A DNA stretch of 64,000 nucleotides from TPA_inf: Saccharomyces (Eukaryota). The notes under the pieces are model-generated. The model was not told where the DNA came from, made no database searches, and was given only the letters and a program-made list of their open reading frames with translations. Location of the stretch: contig BK006949.2 of the NCBI GenBank assembly GCA_000146045.2, positions 480,001 to 544,000 on the forward strand, read 5' to 3'. Shown in pieces: positions 23,517-38,760 of this stretch; position 1 is the stretch's first letter, and each line of letters begins with the position of its first letter. The position numbers and the translations under genes are program-made.

Positions 23517-24242
23517 ATGTCTTTTTCATCTATCTTATCACAGGATATCACAGATGACATTACACCACCAGCGTATTCCGCCACCTTGGGGTCGAGAGAA
23601 CAGATTGTTTTCAGAGCTTACCAAAATGAACCTTGGTTGGCTGGTACTGCTTCGAATCTTATCTTAGATAAAAAACTTGTTATTGTAGACAGAGAACTGT
23701 TGTTCCAGGTGTTGATGGTAGAGAATATCACCAAATCCAAGCTAACACAGATCGATGATATAAAAACCAAGCTGGATCCGAAAAAACAGAAAGTGGATAG
23801 ACTACGATCAGGCGCGCAAGGAAATGGCGCTAAGAAGTACGAGGTCATCACTCAAGTGGACATGGAAGATGACGGGAATGTGGCGGATAACAACTGCGCC
23901 AAGGAAAATAATAGCAACAATAATAGCAGTGCCGCCAAGAATAAAGCAGTGTTTAAATTGACACTACAAAGTAAGTCGGGCGACGTTTTTTTTGCTATCA
24001 ACTCGACTCCAATATCTTGGAGCTCTTGCATGCTGGGTTCTAAAATTGTGATACTGCCGGGAACTGTGTTCAATAGGGGCGTTTTCATATTGAAGGACTC
24101 ACAAGTCATTTTTCTCGGCGGCATTAATAGAGTTTGGAATGAAAATAGAGATCAGAAATTTTGTGATTATTTGGAATCTAAATTACAACGTGACAAACAA
24201 CTTGTAAATGGCGGCTCCAAGAAAAGGAAAGCCAATGATTAG
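23517..24242 (+). CDS. RMI1: Rmi1, RecQ-mediated genome instability protein, Sgs1-Top3 partner (241 aa)
   Basis: The track ORF starts at a GTG at 23508; the in-frame ATG at 23517 gives 241 aa. Position YPL024W. Confidence 0.6.
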   Translation: MSFSSILSQDITDDITPPAYSATLGSREQIVFRAYQNEPWLAGTASNLILDKKLVIVDRELLFQVLMVENITKSKLTQIDDIKTKLDPKKQKVDRLRSGAQGNGAKKYEVITQVDMEDDGNVADNNCAKENNSNNNSSAAKNKAVFKLTLQSKSGDVFFAINSTPISWSSCMLGSKIVILPGTVFNRGVFILKDSQVIFLGGINRVWNENRDQKFCDYLESKLQRDKQLVNGGSKKRKAND

Positions 24243-24338
24243 CATATGCCTCTTCTTCTTAGAAGGGCGTTCTGCCCGTTATGTATACGTTAAATATTAC
24301 ATTATTTTCGCATTTTTGTATTTATATTCAGTGAAATA

Positions 24339-26327
<1,989 letters not shown>

Positions 26328-26696
26328 TCAACCTGTCCCGTCCAACACGCTTCAAAAAATGTACGAACTTGAAACAAAATAGATGATGTGAGAGCTTAAG
26401 TCCCTCTTCCAATGTAACCAACAACCTGAAGTGTTCTCTGTTTGCCTTTATTTTGCGACTTTTCTTCATCATTGAAGTTAGAAAAAGCTTTACTCGCTTA
26501 TCTCCTGGAGTAAGCTATAGCCACAGTCAATATCGCGTCTAATGAAAAAAAAAAGTCGGGACGAGTAAACTTTTGTCTGCGTGGCGCATAGGAGAGGAGA
26601 GAGCACAGGTGTACTGGAGGGTTCAGGACGTTGGTAGAGCATTTGCTAAATGTGTAAAAATAATATTGCACTATCCTGTTGAAAATATCTTTCCAG

Positions 26697-29600
26697 ATGT
26701 CTCAGTTATTTTATCAGGGCGACTCTGATGATGAGCTCCAGGAGGAACTTACGAGGCAGACAACTCAAGCATCTCAAAGTTCTAAAATTAAAAATGAAGA
26801 TGAACCCGACGACTCCAATCATCTTAATGAGGTGGAAAATGAAGATAGCAAAGTTTTAGATGACGATGCAGTGTTATACCCTCTTATACCTAATGAGCCA
26901 GATGACATAGAAACGTCTAAGCCCAATATTAACGATATTAGGCCAGTTGATATTCAATTGACTTTACCATTGCCGTTTCAGCAAAAAGTGGTAGAGAATT
27001 CATTAATTACTGAAGATGCATTAATCATAATGGGGAAAGGACTAGGATTGCTTGATATTGTGGCCAATTTATTGCATGTTTTAGCTACACCAACATCCAT
27101 TAACGGACAACTAAAGCGAGCGCTCGTCCTAGTGTTGAATGCAAAACCTATAGATAATGTAAGAATCAAGGAGGCCTTAGAAGAGCTGTCGTGGTTCTCT
27201 AATACTGGGAAGGACGACGACGATACTGCTGTCGAGAGCGATGATGAACTTTTTGAAAGGCCTTTTAACGTAGTTACCGCGGACTCGCTGAGCATTGAAA
27301 AGAGAAGAAAGCTATATATTTCTGGCGGAATCTTGAGCATTACTTCTAGAATTCTCATTGTGGATCTCTTATCCGGCATTGTTCACCCAAATAGGGTTAC
27401 GGGTATGCTGGTATTGAATGCAGACTCACTTCGACATAATTCGAATGAATCGTTTATATTAGAGATTTACAGGTCTAAAAATACTTGGGGTTTTATTAAA
27501 GCCTTTTCTGAAGCACCAGAGACGTTTGTCATGGAATTTTCACCCCTCAGGACGAAAATGAAAGAATTACGGCTAAAGAACGTTTTGCTATGGCCGAGGT
27601 TCAGGGTAGAGGTCTCTTCCTGTTTGAATGCCACTAATAAGACGTCACACAATAAAGTCATTGAAGTCAAGGTCTCCTTAACAAATTCCATGTCTCAGAT
27701 ACAGTTTGGCTTGATGGAATGTTTGAAAAAATGTATTGCTGAGTTAAGCAGAAAAAATCCTGAACTAGCTCTGGACTGGTGGAATATGGAAAATGTCCTG
27801 GATATAAACTTTATCAGGTCAATTGACTCGGTGATGGTGCCGAACTGGCACCGAATTTCTTATGAATCAAAACAACTGGTTAAGGATATAAGATTCCTAC
27901 GCCACCTTTTAAAGATGCTCGTAACTTCAGACGCAGTTGACTTTTTTGGAGAGATTCAATTAAGTTTGGATGCCAATAAACCGTCAGTATCCCGAAAATA
28001 CAGCGAATCACCGTGGCTATTGGTCGATGAGGCACAATTAGTCATATCGTATGCGAAGAAAAGAATATTTTACAAAAATGAATATACTTTAGAAGAAAAT
28101 CCAAAATGGGAACAACTTATTCATATATTACATGATATTTCACATGAGAGAATGACCAATCACCTTCAGGGGCCTACTTTAGTTGCCTGTTCCGACAACC
28201 TTACATGTTTAGAACTAGCAAAGGTCTTGAATGCCTCAAACAAAAAAAGAGGAGTACGTCAAGTGCTTCTGAATAAATTGAAATGGTACAGAAAACAGAG
28301 GGAGGAAACGAAAAAATTGGTCAAAGAAGTGCAAAGTCAGGACACTTTTCCAGAGAATGCAACATTAAATGTAAGCTCGACATTTTCCAAAGAACAAGTG
28401 ACCACGAAAAGAAGAAGGACAAGAGGTGCTTCACAAGTTGCGGCCGTTGAAAAGCTAAGGAATGCAGGTACCAATGTAGATATGGAGGTGGTTTTTGAGG
28501 ATCATAAGTTATCTGAAGAAATTAAGAAGGGAAGCGGTGATGATTTGGATGACGGTCAGGAAGAAAATGCCGCAAACGATTCAAAGATTTTTGAAATACA
28601 AGAACAGGAAAATGAAATCCTTATCGATGATGGGGATGCTGAATTTGACAACGGAGAATTAGAGTATGTGGGCGACCTTCCGCAGCACATCACAACCCAT
28701 TTCAATAAGGATTTATGGGCAGAACATTGCAACGAGTATGAATATGTTGATCGTCAGGACGAAATTTTAATCTCTACGTTTAAAAGTCTCAATGACAATT
28801 GCTCATTGCAGGAGATGATGCCCTCTTACATTATAATGTTTGAACCAGATATATCGTTTATCAGGCAGATTGAAGTTTATAAGGCCATAGTGAAGGATTT
28901 GCAACCAAAAGTATACTTCATGTACTACGGTGAAAGTATTGAAGAGCAAAGTCATTTGACTGCTATCAAGAGAGAGAAAGATGCTTTCACAAAGTTGATT
29001 AGAGAGAATGCAAATCTGTCCCATCACTTTGAAACGAATGAAGATCTTTCTCACTACAAAAATTTAGCTGAAAGGAAGTTGAAGCTTTCAAAATTACGAA
29101 AATCTAATACCAGAAATGCGGGTGGGCAGCAGGGATTCCATAATCTTACTCAGGATGTCGTCATTGTGGATACACGTGAGTTTAATGCCTCATTACCAGG
29201 CTTACTCTACCGATATGGCATAAGGGTTATTCCTTGTATGTTGACAGTCGGCGATTATGTGATAACTCCTGATATTTGTCTCGAAAGAAAATCGATTTCT
29301 GACTTAATTGGGTCATTACAGAATAACAGATTAGCCAACCAATGTAAAAAAATGTTAAAATACTATGCATATCCGACACTATTGATTGAGTTTGATGAAG
29401 GACAGTCGTTTTCTTTAGAACCTTTTAGTGAACGTAGAAATTATAAGAATAAAGACATATCAACTGTTCATCCTATATCAAGCAAGTTATCCCAGGATGA
29501 AATTCAGCTAAAACTAGCCAAATTAGTATTGCGGTTTCCCACTTTAAAGATTATATGGTCTTCCTCACCCCTGCAAACTGTAAATATAATCCTAGAGTTG

Positions 29601-29999
29601 AAATTAGGACGTGAGCAACCTGACCCTAGTAATGCAGTTATATTGGGAACGAATAAAGTTAGATCGGATTTTAATAGCACTGCAAAGGGCCTGAAGGATG
29701 GTGATAACGAGTCTAAATTCAAGAGACTGTTGAATGTTCCTGGAGTGTCAAAAATTGATTATTTCAATCTCCGCAAAAAGATCAAGAGCTTCAATAAGCT
29801 TCAAAAGCTTTCATGGAATGAGATTAATGAACTTATTAATGACGAAGATTTGACGGATAGAATATACTACTTCTTGAGAACAGAAAAAGAAGAACAAGAA
29901 CAAGAGTCAACAGATGAAAATCTTGAATCTCCTGGTAAGACCACTGATGATAACGCTTTACATGATCATCATAATGATGTTCCTGAAGCACCTGTGTAA
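26697..29999 (+). CDS. RAD1: Rad1, XPF-family NER endonuclease subunit (1100 aa)
   Basis: ERCC4 nuclease-domain signature (…ERKSISDLIGS…) and a helicase-like N-terminal half. The ATG at 26697 gives 1100 aa. Confidence 0.9.
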   Translation: MSQLFYQGDSDDELQEELTRQTTQASQSSKIKNEDEPDDSNHLNEVENEDSKVLDDDAVLYPLIPNEPDDIETSKPNINDIRPVDIQLTLPLPFQQKVVENSLITEDALIIMGKGLGLLDIVANLLHVLATPTSINGQLKRALVLVLNAKPIDNVRIKEALEELSWFSNTGKDDDDTAVESDDELFERPFNVVTADSLSIEKRRKLYISGGILSITSRILIVDLLSGIVHPNRVTGMLVLNADSLRHNSNESFILEIYRSKNTWGFIKAFSEAPETFVMEFSPLRTKMKELRLKNVLLWPRFRVEVSSCLNATNKTSHNKVIEVKVSLTNSMSQIQFGLMECLKKCIAELSRKNPELALDWWNMENVLDINFIRSIDSVMVPNWHRISYESKQLVKDIRFLRHLLKMLVTSDAVDFFGEIQLSLDANKPSVSRKYSESPWLLVDEAQLVISYAKKRIFYKNEYTLEENPKWEQLIHILHDISHERMTNHLQGPTLVACSDNLTCLELAKVLNASNKKRGVRQVLLNKLKWYRKQREETKKLVKEVQSQDTFPENATLNVSSTFSKEQVTTKRRRTRGASQVAAVEKLRNAGTNVDMEVVFEDHKLSEEIKKGSGDDLDDGQEENAANDSKIFEIQEQENEILIDDGDAEFDNGELEYVGDLPQHITTHFNKDLWAEHCNEYEYVDRQDEILISTFKSLNDNCSLQEMMPSYIIMFEPDISFIRQIEVYKAIVKDLQPKVYFMYYGESIEEQSHLTAIKREKDAFTKLIRENANLSHHFETNEDLSHYKNLAERKLKLSKLRKSNTRNAGGQQGFHNLTQDVVIVDTREFNASLPGLLYRYGIRVIPCMLTVGDYVITPDICLERKSISDLIGSLQNNRLANQCKKMLKYYAYPTLLIEFDEGQSFSLEPFSERRNYKNKDISTVHPISSKLSQDEIQLKLAKLVLRFPTLKIIWSSSPLQTVNIILELKLGREQPDPSNAVILGTNKVRSDFNSTAKGLKDGDNESKFKRLLNVPGVSKIDYFNLRKKIKSFNKLQKLSWNEINELINDEDLTDRIYYFLRTEKEEQEQESTDENLESPGKTTDDNALHDHHNDVPEAPV

Positions 30000-31100
30000 A
30001 ATATTGTTTAATTTAACGAACCCTGTTAAAACATCAGTATAAAATGCGATTAACTATAGTGAAAATAACAATATTCATTTGGTGACTTCGACCGTATATG
30101 TTATAAGTTAGACATGCTCTTTGAATCTTTTACTTTGATATTTTATTCCGCATATATATTCTTTTTTTCGCGTTCATAGTTTATTCACTCAAATTTTTCA
30201 TATCATCCGCAATTCATCTTCCACTTTTTAGCAGTAAAAATGACCAAATGAAGTTCATTTATTTTTGATTTTTTAACCGTATTTGGTGGAATCTGAGCGT
30301 GGCATTAGTGAATCATTTTAAGCCAAATTACCCGTGAGTTTTTCTTAGAAGCGCACAATCATATTCATTATTAATAAATGCTTCAAATTCATCCTCTTGA
30401 ATAAGGTCCAGAAATAATTTTGTCTCTTTTCCATTACCTATGTGGGTAAAAATTTTCTTTTGCGACTAAGATTCAAGAGACCAAGTTTCTTTTCCACAAC
30501 GATATATAATAAACCAAATGGTACAAAGTAGGAAACAACAAATAAGGAAAGCTTTTTCTTAAGTAGATTTGTATATTTATCCAAGAATGAACGATGTGTC
30601 TCGTAAACAGTAATTCCTTTTAAATTTTATATTTCTTCTATTTTCTGAACTTTTTTACTTAAGAAAAAATTTGGAAATCATTACCTGTAGGATGGCTTAG
30701 CTCTGATAATCAACCTACCAAAGTAGTTTGCAGTTATGTGCACTTTTCCCTTCATGTTAACATTATTCGGGCCGGTCTATTGTTAAATAATTAAGGGTCC
30801 ATTTTAGGCACGGCGGATTCACAGAAAACCACGCAGTGCTCAACGTCATATACCACAAAATCCGTTTTCGTATTAAAAGTGAATGTGTCAGTAAAAGGCA
30901 TTCTTTTTAGCGTTCATTATTTCCTTTAATATGATGTACCAATCTGTCCACTGCCTATGTAAACTTAAAAGGGAGGCATTTATGACTTGAGATTTGGTTA
31001 AATTACCAATATCTCAAGGGTAACAATATTTGCTATACTGGTCATCTAGAATAAAAATACTGCGTTGTAGTGCTGAGTGATAGAACTTTTAAATCATATT

Positions 31101-31664
31101 ATGTTATATAACAAAGAGCAGGGAACAAGCGGCGCTAGTAGCTCTGGTCGTAGAACGAAATTCCACTTCGATCGTTTTGTACAAATGGTTCTGTTCATTG
31201 CCGCTAATCCCAATTATTGCTGTTCAGTAGCCAGTATCCCGAAATCTGGTGTCACGCCAGATTTAAAAAGAGCAGATATTCTTGAACAGAAGATCAAAAG
31301 CTTAAATAGTGCGCTGAGTCCAAAATTGAAGGAAGAAAGTCGTCTTGGTGGGCCTTTGCATAACCCCTCTATTCTACCAGCCCCATCTTTTTCATCACTA
31401 CCAATATCATCCAATGGAAAGAAATCTTTAGCAGGATATAGACCTAAAAGTAGGAAGAAACAAACTATACTCCCCAACGGTCAACCAAAAGAGTGCGCCA
31501 CTTGTGGTGACACCTGGACTTCTCAGTGGAGAAGTGGACCTAATGGAAATGTTGAGCTATGTAGTCGATGTGGCATAGCATATAGGAAAAAAATGGAGAA
31601 AAAAATACGATCGCAACAATCCTCCGATGATGGTACTAAAAATTTTATATTTAAAAATAAATAG
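31101..31664 (+). CDS. ECM23: Ecm23 GATA-type zinc-finger protein (187 aa)
   Basis: GATA finger CATCGDTWTSQWRSGPNGNVELCSRCG. The ATG at 31101 gives 187 aa. Position YPL021W. Confidence 0.7.
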   Translation: MLYNKEQGTSGASSSGRRTKFHFDRFVQMVLFIAANPNYCCSVASIPKSGVTPDLKRADILEQKIKSLNSALSPKLKEESRLGGPLHNPSILPAPSFSSLPISSNGKKSLAGYRPKSRKKQTILPNGQPKECATCGDTWTSQWRSGPNGNVELCSRCGIAYRKKMEKKIRSQQSSDDGTKNFIFKNK

Positions 31665-31710
31665 TTAAGTAGTTTGTAAAGATGGTATATTCAGCGGATT
31701 CTTCCTCTAT

Positions 31711-31721
31711 TTTTATGTTTT
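31711..31721 (+). promoter_or_regulatory. ARS consensus sequence match TTTTATGTTTT (11/11 to WTTTAYRTTTW) in the convergent ECM23-ULP1 intergenic region; candidate replication origin
   Basis: A perfect ACS match in a 650-bp AT-rich gap between two gene 3' ends, a typical origin context. Origin function cannot be established from sequence. Confidence 0.3.
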
Positions 31722-32312
31722 TTGAGATATTTCGAGCTTTCTATTTTTTTAAAATGCCTGAATTTCCATCTTCAAAAAAAACATAAAAAAGGTACTTTAC
31801 CACCAAATAAATGATAACCACAATTTACTTTACTTATCCTCCACTATCAAGTATCTTCCTACCAGGAAAAATGAATTTCAAATGATTCGAAATTTACGGA
31901 GGCTCAATATAGAGATAGTGTGACGATGTTCATAAGGGCTTTACCGCTTAGCACGTATCTACAGTTTTCACTCAATAATATATTCTCTAGGAATGATTGC
32001 CAATAGATTGATATCCAAGAGAAGGTTCAATTAAGGAATTTCATTTCGTTCTAATCTTTTGTTGAAAATAAAAATTTTTACTTATATGTTAAAGCTTAAG
32101 ATTCCACATAAGGTCGAAGACAATCGTCACTAATGTGTGGTTCTGCCTGCTCATCTCTAAAATATATTACTTTTTGTACAGACATCTAAATTGAGCTGGT
32201 GCTTATGCTATTCTTATGATTTATTTTCAAGTGGTTTATTGAACTTTATTCCATATCCAATGATCTGAATATTTCTACTTATGTATAATAATTGTATATT
32301 ATAAAAGAATAA

Positions 32313-34178
32313 CTATTTTAAAGCGTCGGTTAAAATCAAATGGGCAATAAATCTTCTCATCCTAATCGCATCTTTATAATCAAAATCCAATGGCGCATCT
32401 GCACTTCCATAGAGAGTATTCATACAAACATATATTCCACAGTCGTAGCCATTTGGTTGCTGCGGACAATCTAAATGAATCAAATCAAAGTCTTCTCCTA
32501 TTGTATGCTTACTTTCCTCCATAACATATTTTTGCAAGTCAGTCAGTATAGCGAAACTCATAGCATTTGGACCATTCGATAATGAATCTACGTAACCTAT
32601 AGTTTTCTTTTTTAAATCAATTATGCCCAACGCCCAGTGGGATTGGTTCAAATTTATTGGTGTAAAGATTTTATCAAGTTTATCAATTTGTGTCTTCTTT
32701 CTCTTCATCCACCTCCGGACGCCTTGATAACCCCTTTCTGATAAATTGGTATAGAAAAATGAATTAAACGCCACTGTATTAGGGGTAGATTTTTCAATGT
32801 ATTTCATAAAAAACTCAATGATAGTGTCATTTAGCCATCTTCGTGGTGCCAAGGTCTTAAAATCACGTACTGTTATCTCTATATTATCTCTATTCATTAA
32901 CTGAGTATTTTCTCTAGATGCCAAAGCTTTTTGTACTTGGTCATCGTCTTTTTCATTTAATTCAGGAACAAGTTTCTTCTTGGCCAATTGTTCTTTCTTT
33001 TTTTTAAGATCTTCTTGAATCTTCTTTCTTTCATTTAAAATTTCGTTATATCTTTTGAAGTCTTTCTCAAACTCTAATATAGATCTATCAAACTTCAACT
33101 TTTGATTTAAGTAATCCTTATGTTTCCTTTCCAAAGAAGATATCTTTTTTTCTTTAACAAATACTAAATCATCATCATTTTCATTTCTTGTCTGTAGTCT
33201 GTTCTTGTTGTTCTCAATTAAAATTGTTTTGATCTTTTCAGTTAAGTCGATTATAGACTTTTTTAAGCCAGTGTCTTTTTCCTTATCCATATCCATTAAT
33301 TTTAACTGTCTTTCTCTTTCTTCTTTTAATATTTTTGGAACTTTATATTCTCCGTTGAATATTTGTCGTAAATATGTTACTTCCTCAGATTGTGCTCTCG
33401 ACACCAGTTTAGTATTGTTAATGTTCTGTTTTGCAACTTTTTTCTTTCTAATAAAGGCTGTCCCATACTGTCGCCTGTCGTAGCTATTTTTCTGATCAGA
33501 AGTGTTATTTTCTGAGTTAGAACCAATAGCACTTGTTTTCCACTTATTCCAACCAAAAGGATCTCTCGAAAAAGTTATGCTATTGTCACTATCACAATTG
33601 CTTTTTTGAGAAGCCAAAGAGCTGATTGGTGAGGTTGAAGGTGTCCCCACACCTTCACTTTCGATTCTTCTCCTTTTATTTGGTAAGGCCCACGTCGACG
33701 TATCGAATTTGTGTTTTCTTGTATCCGAGGAATAATTTTCACGTAGACCATATGGTACGTCACTGCTCCTACTTCCAGAACTTCTGCTCTCAACGTCGCT
33801 GTTACCACTTGCTTCTACTTCAGAACCATCAAAATTGCGAGGTTCGTTTTTCACAAATGTGTGCCATAAGTACTTACCTGAGTTCCAAAGAGTTTCTCTT
33901 ATGCCTCCTATAAAACCAGCTTTACTAGCTCTATCTGACCCATCTTTCATTGATTCTTCCATTGATAAAACACGGCGGTCGTTTAAATAATTGAATCTTG
34001 ACGTATTGGTTCTTTTTTTATAAATACCACTAAAACTGGCTGATCTTCTAGACTCGGAGGGATTGTTCAATACCCGAGGATAACACCTATATGTAGAAAT
34101 TGGGGAGAATAAAGGGGAGTAAGGGTTCTTTTTATGATACTGTAGTGTGTTCCGGTGCTTATCTACTTCAACTGACAT
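32313..34178 (-). CDS. ULP1: Ulp1 SUMO-specific cysteine protease, C48 family (621 aa)
   Basis: C48 catalytic residues in context (HWALGIID ... DCGIYVC). The ATG at 34176-34178 gives 621 aa. Confidence 0.85.
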   Translation of the reverse strand: MSVEVDKHRNTLQYHKKNPYSPLFSPISTYRCYPRVLNNPSESRRSASFSGIYKKRTNTSRFNYLNDRRVLSMEESMKDGSDRASKAGFIGGIRETLWNSGKYLWHTFVKNEPRNFDGSEVEASGNSDVESRSSGSRSSDVPYGLRENYSSDTRKHKFDTSTWALPNKRRRIESEGVGTPSTSPISSLASQKSNCDSDNSITFSRDPFGWNKWKTSAIGSNSENNTSDQKNSYDRRQYGTAFIRKKKVAKQNINNTKLVSRAQSEEVTYLRQIFNGEYKVPKILKEERERQLKLMDMDKEKDTGLKKSIIDLTEKIKTILIENNKNRLQTRNENDDDLVFVKEKKISSLERKHKDYLNQKLKFDRSILEFEKDFKRYNEILNERKKIQEDLKKKKEQLAKKKLVPELNEKDDDQVQKALASRENTQLMNRDNIEITVRDFKTLAPRRWLNDTIIEFFMKYIEKSTPNTVAFNSFFYTNLSERGYQGVRRWMKRKKTQIDKLDKIFTPINLNQSHWALGIIDLKKKTIGYVDSLSNGPNAMSFAILTDLQKYVMEESKHTIGEDFDLIHLDCPQQPNGYDCGIYVCMNTLYGSADAPLDFDYKDAIRMRRFIAHLILTDALK

Positions 34179-34510
34179 TATTATGATATCCAAAGGTCAG
34201 AGGAAGAAGAGGAAAAAAACTGAAACAGAAGTAGATATTGATGAATAATTTTAATTAGCAATATAGATTTGCGGAGCTGAAACGAACGTTTCAGCTATTT
34301 TTTGATCTGGGTTTAACTATCACACACATCTTCTCATTATGTGCATTTTGAATTTTGAAAATAAAAAGAGGCGGCGCCGGCACCTGCTGAAAGCTGTTTA
34401 ATATGATTTAATACGGAAGAGCAAATATGTATAAATAGAGAACAATTAATTAATTATGATAGTAACTGGTACTTGTGTAATATATGTGTATATAAAAAAT
34501 ATACATGTTC

Positions 34511-37075
<2,565 letters not shown>

Positions 37076-37650
37076 CTATAGTGATAATAAAAAAAGCGCT
37101 AAGGAGGTACTACTTGGATTAGATCACTCTTATGCGTATTATTACCCGCCAATGGGCCCTCTCGATATTGAGAAGATGAAGTAAGTTCGAGAAAAGATGT
37201 CTGATGTAAGCCGCTCTCTGGCCTCTATTTAAAAGTTCTTCCTGGATGAAACCCACTCGAAAGTTGGGTGTGTGCGTGTGTGTATGTTTCCACGTTTCTG
37301 CCTTGTGCTTTCAAAATCGCATGCACGTGCTTGCGACTGCACTGTGTTGTATTAAGCCACGTGGGCCCTCGCACATTGAAAAAAAGAAAAGCTGTACAGG
37401 GAAAAATGTGCCAAGAAGTCCAAATACCAATAGCTGTGCAAGTTACTCATTAACATCCAAACCGTGAAGGTCACGGCATATATACTCTGGCGTTCTACTA
37501 TGTGGCCGGTAATGTAACCGGTAATGGTGACTATCTAATAGTTGGAGTCCGCCGAAAAATCAGAAACGCGTAATTTAGACTTATATAAACAGCTATATAC
37601 CTTGGAGCTAGTGTGATCTTGTTGATACTAGGTCGGCAAAGAACGCAAAT

Positions 37651-38760
37651 ATGGATTTTACGTCTGATACGACGAATTCGCACGACACATCGAATTCGCA
37701 TTTAAGTCTGGAAGACGCTGTGGGTACACATCATGCTGGTGAAGCAGATGTAAACATTGATGGGGACGAGAAGCAACAACTATCGCTATTAGATGATGAT
37801 CAGGTACGCGCACTGAAGCTACAGGAGGAGAAGGATGCGCTGTTGACAAGGAGAAATACTCTTTTACAAGAGATCCAGACGTACCAAAATATCTTGATGA
37901 AGGAAAATAACAGTAAGACTAAAAATGGTGATATCCTCCAAAACGATATCACACAGGATTTTCTTAATCTAATCTCGATCTCATCCTCTAATCCTAATTC
38001 GGCGATAAGTGACCGCAAGCGGGTCGAGAGGATCAATGGGCTAACTAACTTGCAGAAGGAACTAGTAACAAAATACGACACGTTACCTTTGTTAAATATG
38101 AATCTACGGCTAAGTTATTTGAGAGACCACACATACCCGCATCTTCAAGTTTCTGTGCAATCAAGAGACAGAGTACATAACGATGGGATTGAAGTTTTGG
38201 TGGTCAATTATAAATTCTGCAGAAACACGATGAATCCTTTTGAAATTCAGTTCAAAATGTTCTATAAATTTGAAGATTCCACACTGCTGAAGTGGGAAAT
38301 CTTGCGAATTTCCACAAACGTTAGACTGAAGGCCAAGCAATTACTGGCAACACGTAACTTCCAGAAGTGTCTATTAAGCCTTTATGAGTTTGATAAGATC
38401 AAGTCCAAAAAAACTGGAATTTTCCAAAATTTGATTAATTTATTGAAAAGGAAAACCAGGTGTTATCTAATGAATAATAGTGACTCATTAATTGTGGAAA
38501 GAGTTATTAGAGAAGGAAGACTCACGACGATAAAATTGCAGATAAATTTCATCATTACAATGCCCGGTGAGAGAGGCAAACCTCGTAACTGTTTTCTGCC
38601 CATGAGTAAAATTTCAATAGCGCTATGGAAGGGGGGAGAAAGATTTAACCAGATAGATTTGGACGAGATATGCTACGGACTTATCAAGGAATATGGTGTG
38701 AAAACCGGGTTAAAGGAGATCTGCAACGTTTGCCTATTCCCGGACATGTACGCCAGGTGA
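37651..38760 (+). CDS. CTF19: Ctf19 kinetochore (COMA complex) protein (369 aa), by synteny
   Basis: The 369-aa length and position YPL018W match. The protein has a coiled-coil N-terminal region. Confidence 0.65.
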   Translation: MDFTSDTTNSHDTSNSHLSLEDAVGTHHAGEADVNIDGDEKQQLSLLDDDQVRALKLQEEKDALLTRRNTLLQEIQTYQNILMKENNSKTKNGDILQNDITQDFLNLISISSSNPNSAISDRKRVERINGLTNLQKELVTKYDTLPLLNMNLRLSYLRDHTYPHLQVSVQSRDRVHNDGIEVLVVNYKFCRNTMNPFEIQFKMFYKFEDSTLLKWEILRISTNVRLKAKQLLATRNFQKCLLSLYEFDKIKSKKTGIFQNLINLLKRKTRCYLMNNSDSLIVERVIREGRLTTIKLQINFIITMPGERGKPRNCFLPMSKISIALWKGGERFNQIDLDEICYGLIKEYGVKTGLKEICNVCLFPDMYAR

